Below, one piece after another: positions 45,420 through 55,145 of a stretch of 64,000 nt of DNA; positions within the stretch are counted from its first letter, which is position 1, and each line of letters begins with the position of its first letter. Under the pieces are notes generated by a model. It was not told the origin of the DNA and did not search any database. It was given only the letters and a program-made list of their open reading frames with translations. The stretch is from positions 5,550 through 69,549 of the forward strand of contig JBJOMV010000002.1 of NCBI GenBank assembly GCA_046052185.1. The letters run 5' to 3'. The translations under genes were made by a program, and so were the position numbers. The DNA is from Verrucomicrobiota bacterium (GTDB lineage Bacteria; Verrucomicrobiota; Verrucomicrobiia; Opitutales; UBA953).

Positions 45420-46424
45420 TCACTTCACGCTTTCGGCGAGATGTTCGTCCCGCAGGCGACGCAAGTCGTCAAGGCTCAGGCAATGACGGAGTCGGTCGCG
45501 GAGTTTGCGCGAACCAGGCAGGCCATGCGTGAGCGGATGGAGGCGATCGAGCATCCAGCGGACATCGCGATGGCCCAGCCGCGAGGCATGCACCTCGATG
45601 GTGAGCTCAGCCAAGCGGATCATGCAATCCCAGCGGGCCTGGACGCCCGTTTCGGTGGCCTCCCCCGCCCTGCCCTCCAGCGCGGCCTTGATCTGGGCGA
45701 AAATCCAAGGGTTACCGAGCGCTGCGCGGCCGATCATGAGGCCCGAGACCCCCGATTCCTTCTGACGGAGCAAAGCCGAAGCGCCGTCCTTCACGTCACC
45801 GTTGCCGATGACGGGGATATCGACCGCGGCCGCGACTTGCGCGATCCAGCCCCAGTGGGCCTCACCCGAGTAGCCCTGCTCCTTGGTGCGGCCGTGGACC
45901 GCGATGGCCTCGACGCCCAGCCCTTGAAGCCTGCCGGCGACCTCGACGGCCACGATGGTCGCATGATCCCAGCCCAGACGCATCTTCGCGGTCAGCGGGA
46001 CGTCCGGGATGGCGTCCTTCACCGCCTTGACGAGGTCGTAGAGCAAAGGCGTGCAGCGCAGCAGGCCGGAGCCAGCGTTCTGCTCGATGACCTTATGGGC
46101 GGGGCAGCCGAAATTGAGGTCGAGGAAGTCCGGCTTCATGCGGTCGCACACCAGACGGGCGGCCTTGGCCATGGAAGCCGGCGTGGCCCCGAAGATCTGG
46201 ACGCCCATCGGGCGCTGGCCTTCCGTGAAGTCGACCATCTCCCAGGCTTTGGCGTTGTCGCGGATGAGCGCCTCGGACTGGACGAACTCCGTGACCATGA
46301 CGTCGGCTCCCTGCTCTTTGCAGAGCTGGCGGAAGGCGACGTCGGTATGGCGCGCCATGGGCGCGAGGTAGAGCGGGAACTTGCCGGGTCCGAACCACGG
46401 CAGGCGCGGCGCGACCTTGCTCAC
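45420..46424 (-). CDS. dus: tRNA-dihydrouridine synthase
   Basis: 334 aa. YLAPMARHTD...DLNFGCP...AVHGRT are conserved Dus family blocks. Confidence 0.9.
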   Translation of the reverse strand: MSKVAPRLPWFGPGKFPLYLAPMARHTDVAFRQLCKEQGADVMVTEFVQSEALIRDNAKAWEMVDFTEGQRPMGVQIFGATPASMAKAARLVCDRMKPDFLDLNFGCPAHKVIEQNAGSGLLRCTPLLYDLVKAVKDAIPDVPLTAKMRLGWDHATIVAVEVAGRLQGLGVEAIAVHGRTKEQGYSGEAHWGWIAQVAAAVDIPVIGNGDVKDGASALLRQKESGVSGLMIGRAALGNPWIFAQIKAALEGRAGEATETGVQARWDCMIRLAELTIEVHASRLGHRDVRWMLDRLHPLTHGLPGSRKLRDRLRHCLSLDDLRRLRDEHLAESVK

Positions 46425-47779
46425 GGGCGGCCGTCCTTCTTCTTGAGACCCGCCTTGAGCTCACGCCAGCGGGCGAGACGCTCCGCGAGCTGCGGCTCCG
46501 CGCCGGCGTCGCCGGGATGGTAGAGCGACAGCGGGCGGCTGAGGTAATCCTGGCCGCTGATGGCTTCGGGGTAATCGTGGCTATAGCGATAGGCTCCGCC
46601 GTTCCCGAGGCTCTTGTTCACGCTGTTGTGCGCGTCCTTGAGATGCAGCGGCACTTCCTGGCGGGGCAGATGACGGACGGCGTCCTTGGCCGCGGAAATC
46701 GCCGAGGTCGTGCTATTGCTCTTCGGCGAGAGCGCGAGGAACAGCGTCGCGTGGGCGAGCGCGTATTCGCATTCGGGCAGGCCGACCATCTCGCAGGCCT
46801 GGAAAGCCGCGGTGGCCACGCCCAAGGCGCGGGAGTCGGCCAGACCGATGTCTTCGGAAGCGCAGATGACCAAGCGTCGGGCGATGAAGCGAGGCTCCTC
46901 CCCTCCTTCGAGCATCAGGAAGAGCCAGTAGAGCGCGGCGTCCGGATCGCCCCCGCGCACCGACTTGATGTAAGCGGACGCAGTGTCGTAATGATCGTCG
47001 CCGCCGTCGTCATAACGGATGCGACGCTCACGGGCGAAAGAAGCCACGGCTTCGTCGGTGACGCTGCCGAGCGCCGGGGCGGAAAGCACGAGGGTCTCGA
47101 GACAGTTGAGCGCGCGACGGAGGTCGCCCGAGGCCATCTCGGCGACCTGCTGCAGGACTTTCTCCGAAGCCTTGATGCCGAGGGCGCCGAGGCCGCGCTC
47201 CTTGTCGGCGAGGGCCGTACCGAGGAAGGTGGCGATCTCCGGCGGGGTCAGCGGATCGAGCCGGAAGAGATGGCTGCGGCTGAGCAGCGCCGGGACGACG
47301 TAAAGCCCGGGGTTGTGCGTCGTGCAGCCGATGAGCCGCACCACGCCGGCTTCGACGTCCGGCAGGAGCAAGTCCTGCTGAGCCTTGTTGAAACGATGGA
47401 TCTCGTCGACGACCAGCACGGTCTTGCGCGAAGGCTGACGGCGGGCGTCGGCCAGGATCTCGCGGAGTTCGGGCGTACCGGAGAGCACGGCGTTGACCCG
47501 CACGACGAAGGATTGCGTCTCGGCGGCGATGACTTCGGCCAAGGTGGTCTTGCCGCAGCCGGGCGGGCCGTAGAACAGGAGCGAGCCGAAGGTGTCCGCC
47601 TTGATCAGGCGCGGTAGCAAGGCCTCCGGACCGAGCAAGGCCGCGTGTCCCACGACTTCGGTGAGATTACGCGGACGCATCCGCGAGGCGAGCGGCCGGC
47701 GACGTTCCGGGATAGCGTCAGGCACTCCCTGGCCGAGGCCGGGCAGCGCGTCGTCCGACCCCTGACGGCGTTCGGCCAC
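46421..47779 (-). CDS. rarA: replication-associated recombination protein A (AAA+ ATPase)
   Basis: 452 aa with Walker A (GPPGCGKTT), VDEIHRFNK, and an MgsA C-terminal domain (ARRLVICASEDIG). Overlaps the dus start by 4 nt. Confidence 0.92.
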   Translation of the reverse strand: MAERRQGSDDALPGLGQGVPDAIPERRRPLASRMRPRNLTEVVGHAALLGPEALLPRLIKADTFGSLLFYGPPGCGKTTLAEVIAAETQSFVVRVNAVLSGTPELREILADARRQPSRKTVLVVDEIHRFNKAQQDLLLPDVEAGVVRLIGCTTHNPGLYVVPALLSRSHLFRLDPLTPPEIATFLGTALADKERGLGALGIKASEKVLQQVAEMASGDLRRALNCLETLVLSAPALGSVTDEAVASFARERRIRYDDGGDDHYDTASAYIKSVRGGDPDAALYWLFLMLEGGEEPRFIARRLVICASEDIGLADSRALGVATAAFQACEMVGLPECEYALAHATLFLALSPKSNSTTSAISAAKDAVRHLPRQEVPLHLKDAHNSVNKSLGNGGAYRYSHDYPEAISGQDYLSRPLSLYHPGDAGAEPQLAERLARWRELKAGLKKKDGRP

Positions 47780-47782
47780 GGC

Positions 47783-48382
47783 TTACTTCTCTTCCGCGAA
47801 GGGCACCAGATGGCAGTAAGGCTTCTTCCCGCGCAGCTGGTAATACTTCTGGTGATATTCCTCCGCCTTCCAGAACTTCGGAGCCTTCTCGATCTGGGTG
47901 GCGATCGGACGGCTGAAGGCCTTGGCGAGGGTCAGGCCGATCTTCACGTCGTCGGCGATCTTCTGCTGCTCCGGCGAGTGGGTGAAGATGACCGAACGAT
48001 ACTGGTCACCGATGTCCGGACCCTGACGGTTGACCTGGGTAGGGTCGTGCATCTTGAAGAAATACTCCACGAGCGTGCGGTAGGTGACCTTGGCCGGATC
48101 AAACGTGACTTCGATGACTTCGGCGTGACCGGTGCCCTTGGCGCAGATTTCTTCGTAGGTCGGGAAATCGGTCTTACCGCCGGCGTAGCCGCAGACGGCG
48201 GACTCGACGCCGGGGATCTTGGCGTACTGGTACTCGACGCCCCAGAAACATCCGGCGCCGAAGGTGGCTTTCTCAAGTTTGGGAGGAGTCATGGCGGAAG
48301 GTTTGGGGTCGGCCGCGCGCACGGAGACGACAGCGGCGAGGACGATGAGGGCGGATTTCAGGAGCGAAAGCAGCGGATTCAT
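47783..48382 (-). CDS. msrA: peptide-methionine (S)-S-oxide reductase with signal peptide
   Basis: Start chosen at MNPLLSLLKSALIVLAAVVSVRA. GAGCFWGVE is the catalytic motif. Confidence 0.9.
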   Translation of the reverse strand: MNPLLSLLKSALIVLAAVVSVRAADPKPSAMTPPKLEKATFGAGCFWGVEYQYAKIPGVESAVCGYAGGKTDFPTYEEICAKGTGHAEVIEVTFDPAKVTYRTLVEYFFKMHDPTQVNRQGPDIGDQYRSVIFTHSPEQQKIADDVKIGLTLAKAFSRPIATQIEKAPKFWKAEEYHQKYYQLRGKKPYCHLVPFAEEK

Positions 48383-48434
48383 GGCTACCTCCGAGGTTGG
48401 CGGGTTTCCCCGCCAAGGCAAGGGGGTACGCCGT

Positions 48435-51116
48435 TCAGCTGACCAGACCCCGGAGGACGTCCGCCAAGCCTTCAGGGGCCTGCGGATCACGGGTCAGGCC
48501 GCGCTCCGGCATCACGTAGAAGGTGTCGATCGCGAAGCCTTGCTCCGTGGCGATGTTGGCGAAGGTGATGGCGTAGCCGCCCTCCTGGATGGCTCGTCCG
48601 ATACGGAACAGCAGGCCGAGACGGTCGTTGCACTGGATCTCGATGACCGTACGGGCCAGGTCGACCTCGTAATAGACCTCCACCTTGGCGGCCAGCGGCA
48701 CGAAGGCCTTGCGCCGCGGGGCGGTGAGCAGGGCATGCTGTTCCTCCGCGGCGACCTCGGCGAGGAGGTCGGTGCCGCCGAGCAACGACTTCTCCAGCGC
48801 CGCCGTGAAACGACCCTTGGAAGCCGGCTCCTTGCCGAGCGGCAGGACGACTTTGAAGAAGTCGATCGAGACGTCATCCTCGCGCGAGAAGGCGCGGCAG
48901 GAAGCGATGTTGATGCCCGCGACGGCGAAGGCGCCCGCCATGCGGCTGAAGAGACCGGCGCGGTCCCAGGTCACGACGGTCACGAGCGACTGGCCCGAAC
49001 CGGCGTCGTCATGCCACTCGACGATCGGGCGCAACGACTCGTCCGGCTCGGCCGCGGACACCGAGGCGATGAGGCGATGGATCATCCGCAGATGGTGCGC
49101 GGCGTCCTCGGGGGCGGCGTGCAGATAATAGCCCGGCGGCATCGTGGTGAAGTGCGCCTCGATCTCGTCTTCCGGCACATCCTGGCCGACGAGGATCGTC
49201 GTCTCCGTGCGGAGCTTCGCGGCGGCGAGGGCATGGTCGTCGTCGACGGCGTCGGCCAGGCGGGCCAGCGTGCGGCGGTAGAGCGACCAGTGCTGGCCGT
49301 CCTTGAAGTCGGTCCAGAGGTCGGGCGACGTGGCGCGCGCGTCGCAGCGCGTATGGACGAAAAGACTGCGCAGCACCTGCTCGTCGCCCATGAGGCGGGC
49401 GAAGCGCTCGACGTTGGCAGGGTCGTCGATGTCATGGCGCTGCCAGTAGAGCCCCATCACCAGGTGATGGCGGATGACGCCGGCCGCGATCTCGCGCTCC
49501 CGGGCGTCGAAGCCGAGCCGTTCGAGGATGCGGTCGGCGATCGGCACGCCGCGTTCGGCATGGCCTTCGATTCCGCCGGACTTGGCGATGTCGTGCAGGA
49601 AGAGGATCGCGTAGAGGAGCGAAGGCGCCTCGGAACCGAGCACGACCTCGCGGTACTTCTGTTCCACCAGCGACTCGCCGGCGTAGATACGGTCGAGCTC
49701 ACGCAGGCAGCGCAAGGTATGCACGTCAGCCGTCCAGCGGTGGTAGAACTCGAACTGCACGAGGCAGTGCAGACCGGCGAACTCCGGGACGAGCCGGTAA
49801 AGGAGGCCGTGCTCACGCAGGGCGTTGAGCGTGGCGTACACGCGGCCGCCTTCGGTCAGCATCGCGCGCAAGGCGCTGCAGGACTCCTCCGACAGGGCGA
49901 CTTCGGGCGTGAGCAGGTGGGCGCGTTCGCGGACGAGCAGCGAGAGAGCCCGGTCCGGACGGGCCTCGTGGATCTGACAGATACGGAACAAGCGGACCAG
50001 GCGGCCGGGATCTTCCTCGAAGAGGAGGCGATGCTCGGCCGTGACGGTGCCGCCCGGGACGACGCGCAGGCCGTCCATGATGAACGGGGCGCCCCACCCT
50101 TCGGGCTCAGGTTCGCCCATGACCGCGCCCTCGACGATCTCCGCGCAGCGGCGGACATGGTCGGCGGCGTCGAAATACTGACGCATCATCCCTCCGATAC
50201 GCTCAGTCAGCGTGCCTGCGAAGCCCAACGCGGCCGACATGGCGTCCTGACGCTCCAACGAGAGCTGCTCGGTCGGACGCGTGACCTGGAAATGGAGTTC
50301 GCAACGCAGACGCAGGAGCACCTGCTTGGCCTCCTCGAACTTCTGGAGGTCGACGGCAGGCAGGAAGCCCGAGGCCGCGAGACCGGCGGGCCCGACGCCG
50401 TTGCGGGCCGTCCGGGCGATCCAGACGCAGCCCTGGACGTCGCGGAGGGCGCCGACGCCGTTCTTCAGATCGGGCTCCTGGAGGTAAGCGCTGCCTCCGG
50501 CCTTCTCGCGTCGCTTGCGCTGGGACTCGACGATCGCGCGGGCGAAAGGCTTCCATGCCTGACCGGAAAGCAGCGCCGCGGTCTTGGCTTCGAGCTGGGC
50601 GAAGAGTTCCGCCGAGCCGCACAGATGACGGGTCTCGAGCAAGGCGACGTGCAGGTGCAGGTCATCCTTCGCGTAGTTGGTCGATTCGGTGACCGTGCGG
50701 ACCGACTGGCCGACCTTCAGACCGAGATCCCAGAGCGGATAGAGGATCGCTTCGACGAGGGCCTTGGTCGCGGCGGAGTGGCGCGGCACGAGGACCAGCA
50801 GATCGATGTCGCTGAGCGGACAGAGCTCGGCGCGGCCATAACCTCCCGTGGCGACCAGGCTGAGCGCGGCCGCGGCCGGTCCGGCGCGGAGGAACAAGGC
50901 GTCGAACAGGATATCGATGGCATCGGAACGCAGCCGGGCGACTTCGCCGCCCCGGACGCCGGCGCGATGGGCGGCCAGCTGGATCTCGCGGGCCTCAGCC
51001 AGGAAGACCTTGGCGCGCGGGACGAACTCGCCTTCCAAGGCGGCCTGCCCGGCCAGACCGTGCTGGAGAGCGGCGCGACGGAGCAGGATGGCGGAGGCTT
51101 CGTATTCGGGCGACAT
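48435..51116 (-). CDS. glnD: [protein-PII] uridylyltransferase/uridylyl-removing enzyme
   Basis: 893 aa with a nucleotidyltransferase domain (GGYGRAELCPLSDIDLL), an HD domain (LFLHDIAK) and two C-terminal ACT-like domains. Confidence 0.9.
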   Translation of the reverse strand: MSPEYEASAILLRRAALQHGLAGQAALEGEFVPRAKVFLAEAREIQLAAHRAGVRGGEVARLRSDAIDILFDALFLRAGPAAAALSLVATGGYGRAELCPLSDIDLLVLVPRHSAATKALVEAILYPLWDLGLKVGQSVRTVTESTNYAKDDLHLHVALLETRHLCGSAELFAQLEAKTAALLSGQAWKPFARAIVESQRKRREKAGGSAYLQEPDLKNGVGALRDVQGCVWIARTARNGVGPAGLAASGFLPAVDLQKFEEAKQVLLRLRCELHFQVTRPTEQLSLERQDAMSAALGFAGTLTERIGGMMRQYFDAADHVRRCAEIVEGAVMGEPEPEGWGAPFIMDGLRVVPGGTVTAEHRLLFEEDPGRLVRLFRICQIHEARPDRALSLLVRERAHLLTPEVALSEESCSALRAMLTEGGRVYATLNALREHGLLYRLVPEFAGLHCLVQFEFYHRWTADVHTLRCLRELDRIYAGESLVEQKYREVVLGSEAPSLLYAILFLHDIAKSGGIEGHAERGVPIADRILERLGFDAREREIAAGVIRHHLVMGLYWQRHDIDDPANVERFARLMGDEQVLRSLFVHTRCDARATSPDLWTDFKDGQHWSLYRRTLARLADAVDDDHALAAAKLRTETTILVGQDVPEDEIEAHFTTMPPGYYLHAAPEDAAHHLRMIHRLIASVSAAEPDESLRPIVEWHDDAGSGQSLVTVVTWDRAGLFSRMAGAFAVAGINIASCRAFSREDDVSIDFFKVVLPLGKEPASKGRFTAALEKSLLGGTDLLAEVAAEEQHALLTAPRRKAFVPLAAKVEVYYEVDLARTVIEIQCNDRLGLLFRIGRAIQEGGYAITFANIATEQGFAIDTFYVMPERGLTRDPQAPEGLADVLRGLVS

Positions 51117-51196
51117 GCGACGAAACCAACGTGATGGGAAAGCCTTCGTCGTTCAAGGGTGATTGCCATCGTACGGCATTCGGCCTACGCCATGGC

Positions 51197-51856
51197 ATGG
51201 AATCCTGGCTGAGCACTTTCTGGTCGCATCTGCACACCGCCGAAGGGCTCCGGCAGACCATCGAAGTCGGCGGCATCAGCCTGATGTGCCTGATCATCTT
51301 CGCCGAAACCGGCCTGCTCGCCGGCTTCTTCCTCCCGGGCGACTCCCTCCTCGTGACGGCCGGCGTGCTCTCGATCGCCAACGGCGACCGACCGGCCTAC
51401 TTCAGTCCCTGGGAACTCGCCGCCGCCCTGACCGTCGCCTCGATCGTCGGCGACCAGACCGGCTACTGGCTAGGCCGTAAATACGGCAAGACCATGGAGT
51501 CGAAGCCGGATTCCTGGTGGTATAAGCGCCGGCATCTCGTGGCGGCCCGGGACTATTTCTCCGAGAAAGGCCCGCTCGCCATCGTCCTCGCGCGTTTCGT
51601 GCCGCTGATGCGCACGTTCGTGCCTTTCGCCGCCGGCATGGGCGAGATGGCGCCGACGCGCTTCCTGCGCTGGAACATCCTCGGCGGCATCCTTTGGATC
51701 AACTCGCTCGTCTGGCTGGGCCATGCGCTCGGCGGCACGCCGCTCGCCGACCAGCTGCACAAGGTGATCGTCATCGTGGTCGTGGTCTCCTTCATCCCCG
51801 TCGTCTGGACGGCGGCGAAGCGCCTGCTTACTTCAACGCCGGCACCCAGAACTTGA
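51197..51856 (+). CDS. DedA family membrane protein
   Basis: Start chosen at MESWLSTFW. FAETGLLAGFFLPGDSLLV is the DedA/SNARE-associated signature. Confidence 0.8.
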   Translation: MESWLSTFWSHLHTAEGLRQTIEVGGISLMCLIIFAETGLLAGFFLPGDSLLVTAGVLSIANGDRPAYFSPWELAAALTVASIVGDQTGYWLGRKYGKTMESKPDSWWYKRRHLVAARDYFSEKGPLAIVLARFVPLMRTFVPFAAGMGEMAPTRFLRWNILGGILWINSLVWLGHALGGTPLADQLHKVIVIVVVVSFIPVVWTAAKRLLTSTPAPRT

Positions 51857-53546
51857 AGGTGGTCCCGCCGGGAGCGGTCGACTCGACGACGATGTCGCCG
51901 CGATGGTCGCGCAGGATGCGCTTCACGATGGCGAGGCCCAGGCCGGTGCCGTCTTCGCGGCTGGTGAAGAAGGAGTCGAAGATCTTCGGGAGGATCTTGG
52001 GCGGGATGCCCGTGCCGGTGTCCGCGATGCGCACGGCGACGACGTCGCCCTGCGGTCCCGGCTCCACGTTCAGACGCAGGGTGAGCGCGCCGCCGCCGGC
52101 CATGGCCTGGACGCCGTTCATCATCAGGTTCAGGAAGATCTGCTGGATCTGCCCCGGGTTGCCTTCGACGAGCGGCAGAGCCTCCGCGCACTCGATCTCG
52201 ACCTTCACGCCGAGCTGCAGGAGCTTGAGGCGCAGGAGCAGCGAGGCGTTTTCGGCGGCCTGACGCAGGTCGAGGGAGCGGAACGCGCCGGACTGGGCCT
52301 TGCTCATGCCAAGCACGCGCGAGACCACGCCTTCCATGTGGGCGATCTTCTCGCGCATGACGCCGAGGTCCTCGATCTTCGGGTCTTCGGGCGCCATGCC
52401 CTGGGCCAGCGTGTCCGAAAGCAGCTTCATCACCGTGAGCGGGTTGCGGATCTCGTGGGCGACCTCGGCCGAAAGCAGGCCGAGGGCCGTCAGGCGTTCG
52501 CTGCGTCGCAGGCCTTCCTCGACGGTGAAGACCTTGGCGTAGAGACGGGCGTTCTGGATCGAAGAGGCGCCGAACGAAGAGAGCGCCGCGACGAGGTGCT
52601 TGTCGTCGTCGGAGAAACGATAGGCGCCCATCGCCACGCAGAGGAGCACGCCGAAGGTGTCGTCTTCGTAACGCACCGGCACGGCGAGCAGCGAGGAAGA
52701 GGCCACCGGTTCGGACAGGCGGCTGAAGAGATCTTCCTCGGTCTTACCGGCCAGCGGCACCACGACCGAGCGGCCGCGGGTGACCACCGTGCCGAGGGAA
52801 GTCCGGTTGAGCGCGATGCTCGGAGCGAGGGCCGAGACGCCGAGGTCGCCGTCGAGGCTGCGCAGATGCAGGACGTCGTCGACGAGGTTGTAATAGGCGC
52901 AGGCGCGGGTCCCCAGGAGGGCGCGCGTATGCCGGGCCAGGTCCAGCGAGATGCCGGGCTCGTCGCGTTCCCGGGCGAGCCCCTGCGCGGCGCGCACGAG
53001 CGCCTCCAGCTGGGCGGCCTTGGAGCGGAGCTGACGGAGCAGCCAGATACGGCCGACGGCCTTCGAGGCTTCGTTGGTGAGCAGCGAAAGGAAGGCGACG
53101 TCCTGCTCGGAGAACGCGTCGAGCCGGTCGGAATCGCAGTTCACGACGCCGATGACGTTCCCCATCAGTTCCATCGGGACGGCCAGCTCGGAACGGATGC
53201 CCTTCCGGATCTCGACGTAGCGCGGATCCTTCGAGACGTCGGGAATCCGCTGCGGCTTGGCGTAGAGGGCGACCCAGCCGGTGATGCCCTGCCCTTGGTC
53301 GATGATCTTCCGGGAGGAATCGGCGTCGAGTCCGTTGCTGACCTCGATGCGCAGCGACCCGGTGGCGGGCTCGACGAGCGCGATGGAAGCGCTGGAAGCG
53401 CCGAGGGTGCGGACGATCTCCTCGAGGATGAAGTCGAGCGCCTCCCGCGGGTCTTCGGTGGCGTTGACGAACGCGCCGACGCGGTAAAGGCAGTCCAGGA
53501 CGCGGGCGTCGCCGGGACGTTCCTGCGCTGGCCGGGAGTGAGGCAT
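51828..53546 (-). CDS. GAF-domain sensor histidine kinase
   Basis: 572 aa with two GAF-like regions, an H-box (SAEVAHEIRNPL) and an HATPase domain (DTGTGIP...GTGLGL). No response regulator lies adjacent. Confidence 0.85.
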   Translation of the reverse strand: MPHSRPAQERPGDARVLDCLYRVGAFVNATEDPREALDFILEEIVRTLGASSASIALVEPATGSLRIEVSNGLDADSSRKIIDQGQGITGWVALYAKPQRIPDVSKDPRYVEIRKGIRSELAVPMELMGNVIGVVNCDSDRLDAFSEQDVAFLSLLTNEASKAVGRIWLLRQLRSKAAQLEALVRAAQGLARERDEPGISLDLARHTRALLGTRACAYYNLVDDVLHLRSLDGDLGVSALAPSIALNRTSLGTVVTRGRSVVVPLAGKTEEDLFSRLSEPVASSSLLAVPVRYEDDTFGVLLCVAMGAYRFSDDDKHLVAALSSFGASSIQNARLYAKVFTVEEGLRRSERLTALGLLSAEVAHEIRNPLTVMKLLSDTLAQGMAPEDPKIEDLGVMREKIAHMEGVVSRVLGMSKAQSGAFRSLDLRQAAENASLLLRLKLLQLGVKVEIECAEALPLVEGNPGQIQQIFLNLMMNGVQAMAGGGALTLRLNVEPGPQGDVVAVRIADTGTGIPPKILPKIFDSFFTSREDGTGLGLAIVKRILRDHRGDIVVESTAPGGTTFKFWVPALK

Positions 53547-53549
53547 GGC

Positions 53550-54356
53550 CTAGAGGGAGTGGTCCATGTCGAGCGCCGGGGCGTCGACGGTGGTCTGGCC
53601 GATCACGACGGCGGGCACGCCCGCCACGCTGGTATGCGGGGCGACGTCCTTGAGGACCACGGAGCCGGCGCCGATCTTGGCGCCTTCGCCGATGGTGATG
53701 TTGCCGAGGATCTTCGCGCCGGCGCCGACGAGCACGCCCGAACGGATCTTCGGGTGACGGTCGCCGCGGGCCTTGCCGGTGCCACCCAGGGTGACCTCAT
53801 GCAGGAAGGAGACGTTGTCGGCGACGACGCTGGTCTCGCCGGCCACGAAGCCGGTGGCGTGGTCGAGGAGGATGCCGACGCCGAAGCGGGCGGCGGGATG
53901 GATGTCGACGCCGAGGTGCTCGGAGACGAGCGACTGGAGATGGGCGGCGAGTTCCTTGCGGCCGGCCTTCCAGAGCGCATGCGCGAGACGGTGCGTCGAG
54001 ATGGCGTGAAAGCCCTTATACCAAAGATACGGGATGAGCGCATGCTCGGTCGCGGGATCGCGCTCGAGGGTGGCGCGGATGTCCGAGCGCATCTGCGAAA
54101 GCACTTCGCGGTCGGAAGCAACGGCCTCACCAAGGACACGCAGGACGACGGGCAGATCCTGGCCGGTCGGCGAGAGGCGTTCCGCCAGGCGCTGGATGAT
54201 ACCCTCCCCGAAGCCGGAGCGATCGAGGACATAGCGATGGAGCATCGGCGCCAGGGCCGGCTCGGCTTGGGCGACGACGGACGCACGGGCCTGCAGCTCC
54301 GCCCAGAGGGAAGCTTCATTGGCGCAGACCAAGGCGATGGAGCGGGCGTCAGCCAT
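53550..54356 (-). CDS. cysE: serine O-acetyltransferase
   Basis: Start chosen at MADARSIALV. It has a SATase N-domain and hexapeptide repeats (GVDIHPAARFG, GAGAKILGNITIGEGAKIGAGSVV). Confidence 0.88.
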   Translation of the reverse strand: MADARSIALVCANEASLWAELQARASVVAQAEPALAPMLHRYVLDRSGFGEGIIQRLAERLSPTGQDLPVVLRVLGEAVASDREVLSQMRSDIRATLERDPATEHALIPYLWYKGFHAISTHRLAHALWKAGRKELAAHLQSLVSEHLGVDIHPAARFGVGILLDHATGFVAGETSVVADNVSFLHEVTLGGTGKARGDRHPKIRSGVLVGAGAKILGNITIGEGAKIGAGSVVLKDVAPHTSVAGVPAVVIGQTTVDAPALDMDHSL

Positions 54357-54513
54357 ACTGAAGATTAATTCGGGGTTTTCGGTCAATTTGGCAACCCATG
54401 AGTCAAAACCATGTAAAAAGCCCGACTTTGGACAGGTTTGCGGAACCTCTCGCCTGCGAAGGGGTTGAAAAGTGTGAAGCAACCCCTACAAACCTAGACC
54501 TACCCTCCACACC

Positions 54514-55077
54514 ATGCGTATCCTCCCCACCCTCCTCGCCTGCCTCATGGCCGTCGCCTCGTTCGCCGCTCCCGAAGTCGGCCAGCCTGCCCCGGACTTC
54601 ACCGGCAAGACCCTCGACGGCAAGACCGTCAGCCTCGCCGACTTCAAGGGCAAGACCGTCGTCCTCGAATGGTACAACCCTGGTTGCCCGTTCGTGAAGA
54701 AGTTCTACGACGCCGGCAAGATGCAGGAATTCCAGAAGGAAGTCGTCGCCTCGGGCGCCGTCTGGCTCGTCATCAACACCGGCGGCCACAAGCTCGAGTC
54801 CGCCACCTACTACCCCGGCACCGTCGTCCAGGACGCCAACCAGAGCATCGGCCGCGCCTATGACGCCAAGGTCACCCCGCACTGCTTCGTCATCGATGGC
54901 AAGGGCACCCTCGTCTACAAGGGCGCGATCGACAGCATCGCCTCCTCCAAGTCTGCTGACATCGAGAAGGCCACCAACTACGTCCTCGCCGCCGTCAAGG
55001 CCGTGAAGGAAGGCAAGACCCCCGAAGTCACCAGCAGCAAGCCGTACGGCTGCGGCGTGAAGTACAACAAGCTCTAA
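54514..55077 (+). CDS. secreted thioredoxin-fold redoxin family protein
   Basis: Signal peptide, then PAPDFTGKTLDGKTVSLADFKGKTVVLEWYNPGCPFV, a thiol-disulfide oxidoreductase-like motif. Confidence 0.75.
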   Translation: MRILPTLLACLMAVASFAAPEVGQPAPDFTGKTLDGKTVSLADFKGKTVVLEWYNPGCPFVKKFYDAGKMQEFQKEVVASGAVWLVINTGGHKLESATYYPGTVVQDANQSIGRAYDAKVTPHCFVIDGKGTLVYKGAIDSIASSKSADIEKATNYVLAAVKAVKEGKTPEVTSSKPYGCGVKYNKL

Positions 55078-55100
55078 GCCGATAGGCCGAGCACGACCAA

Positions 55101-55125
55101 GGGCGTCCGTAAGGACGCCCTTTTT
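55101..55125 (+). terminator. rho-independent terminator
   Basis: GGGCGTCC-GTAA-GGACGCCC followed by TTTTT. Confidence 0.85.
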
Positions 55126-55145
55126 GTTGGCCATGCGCCCCGGTC

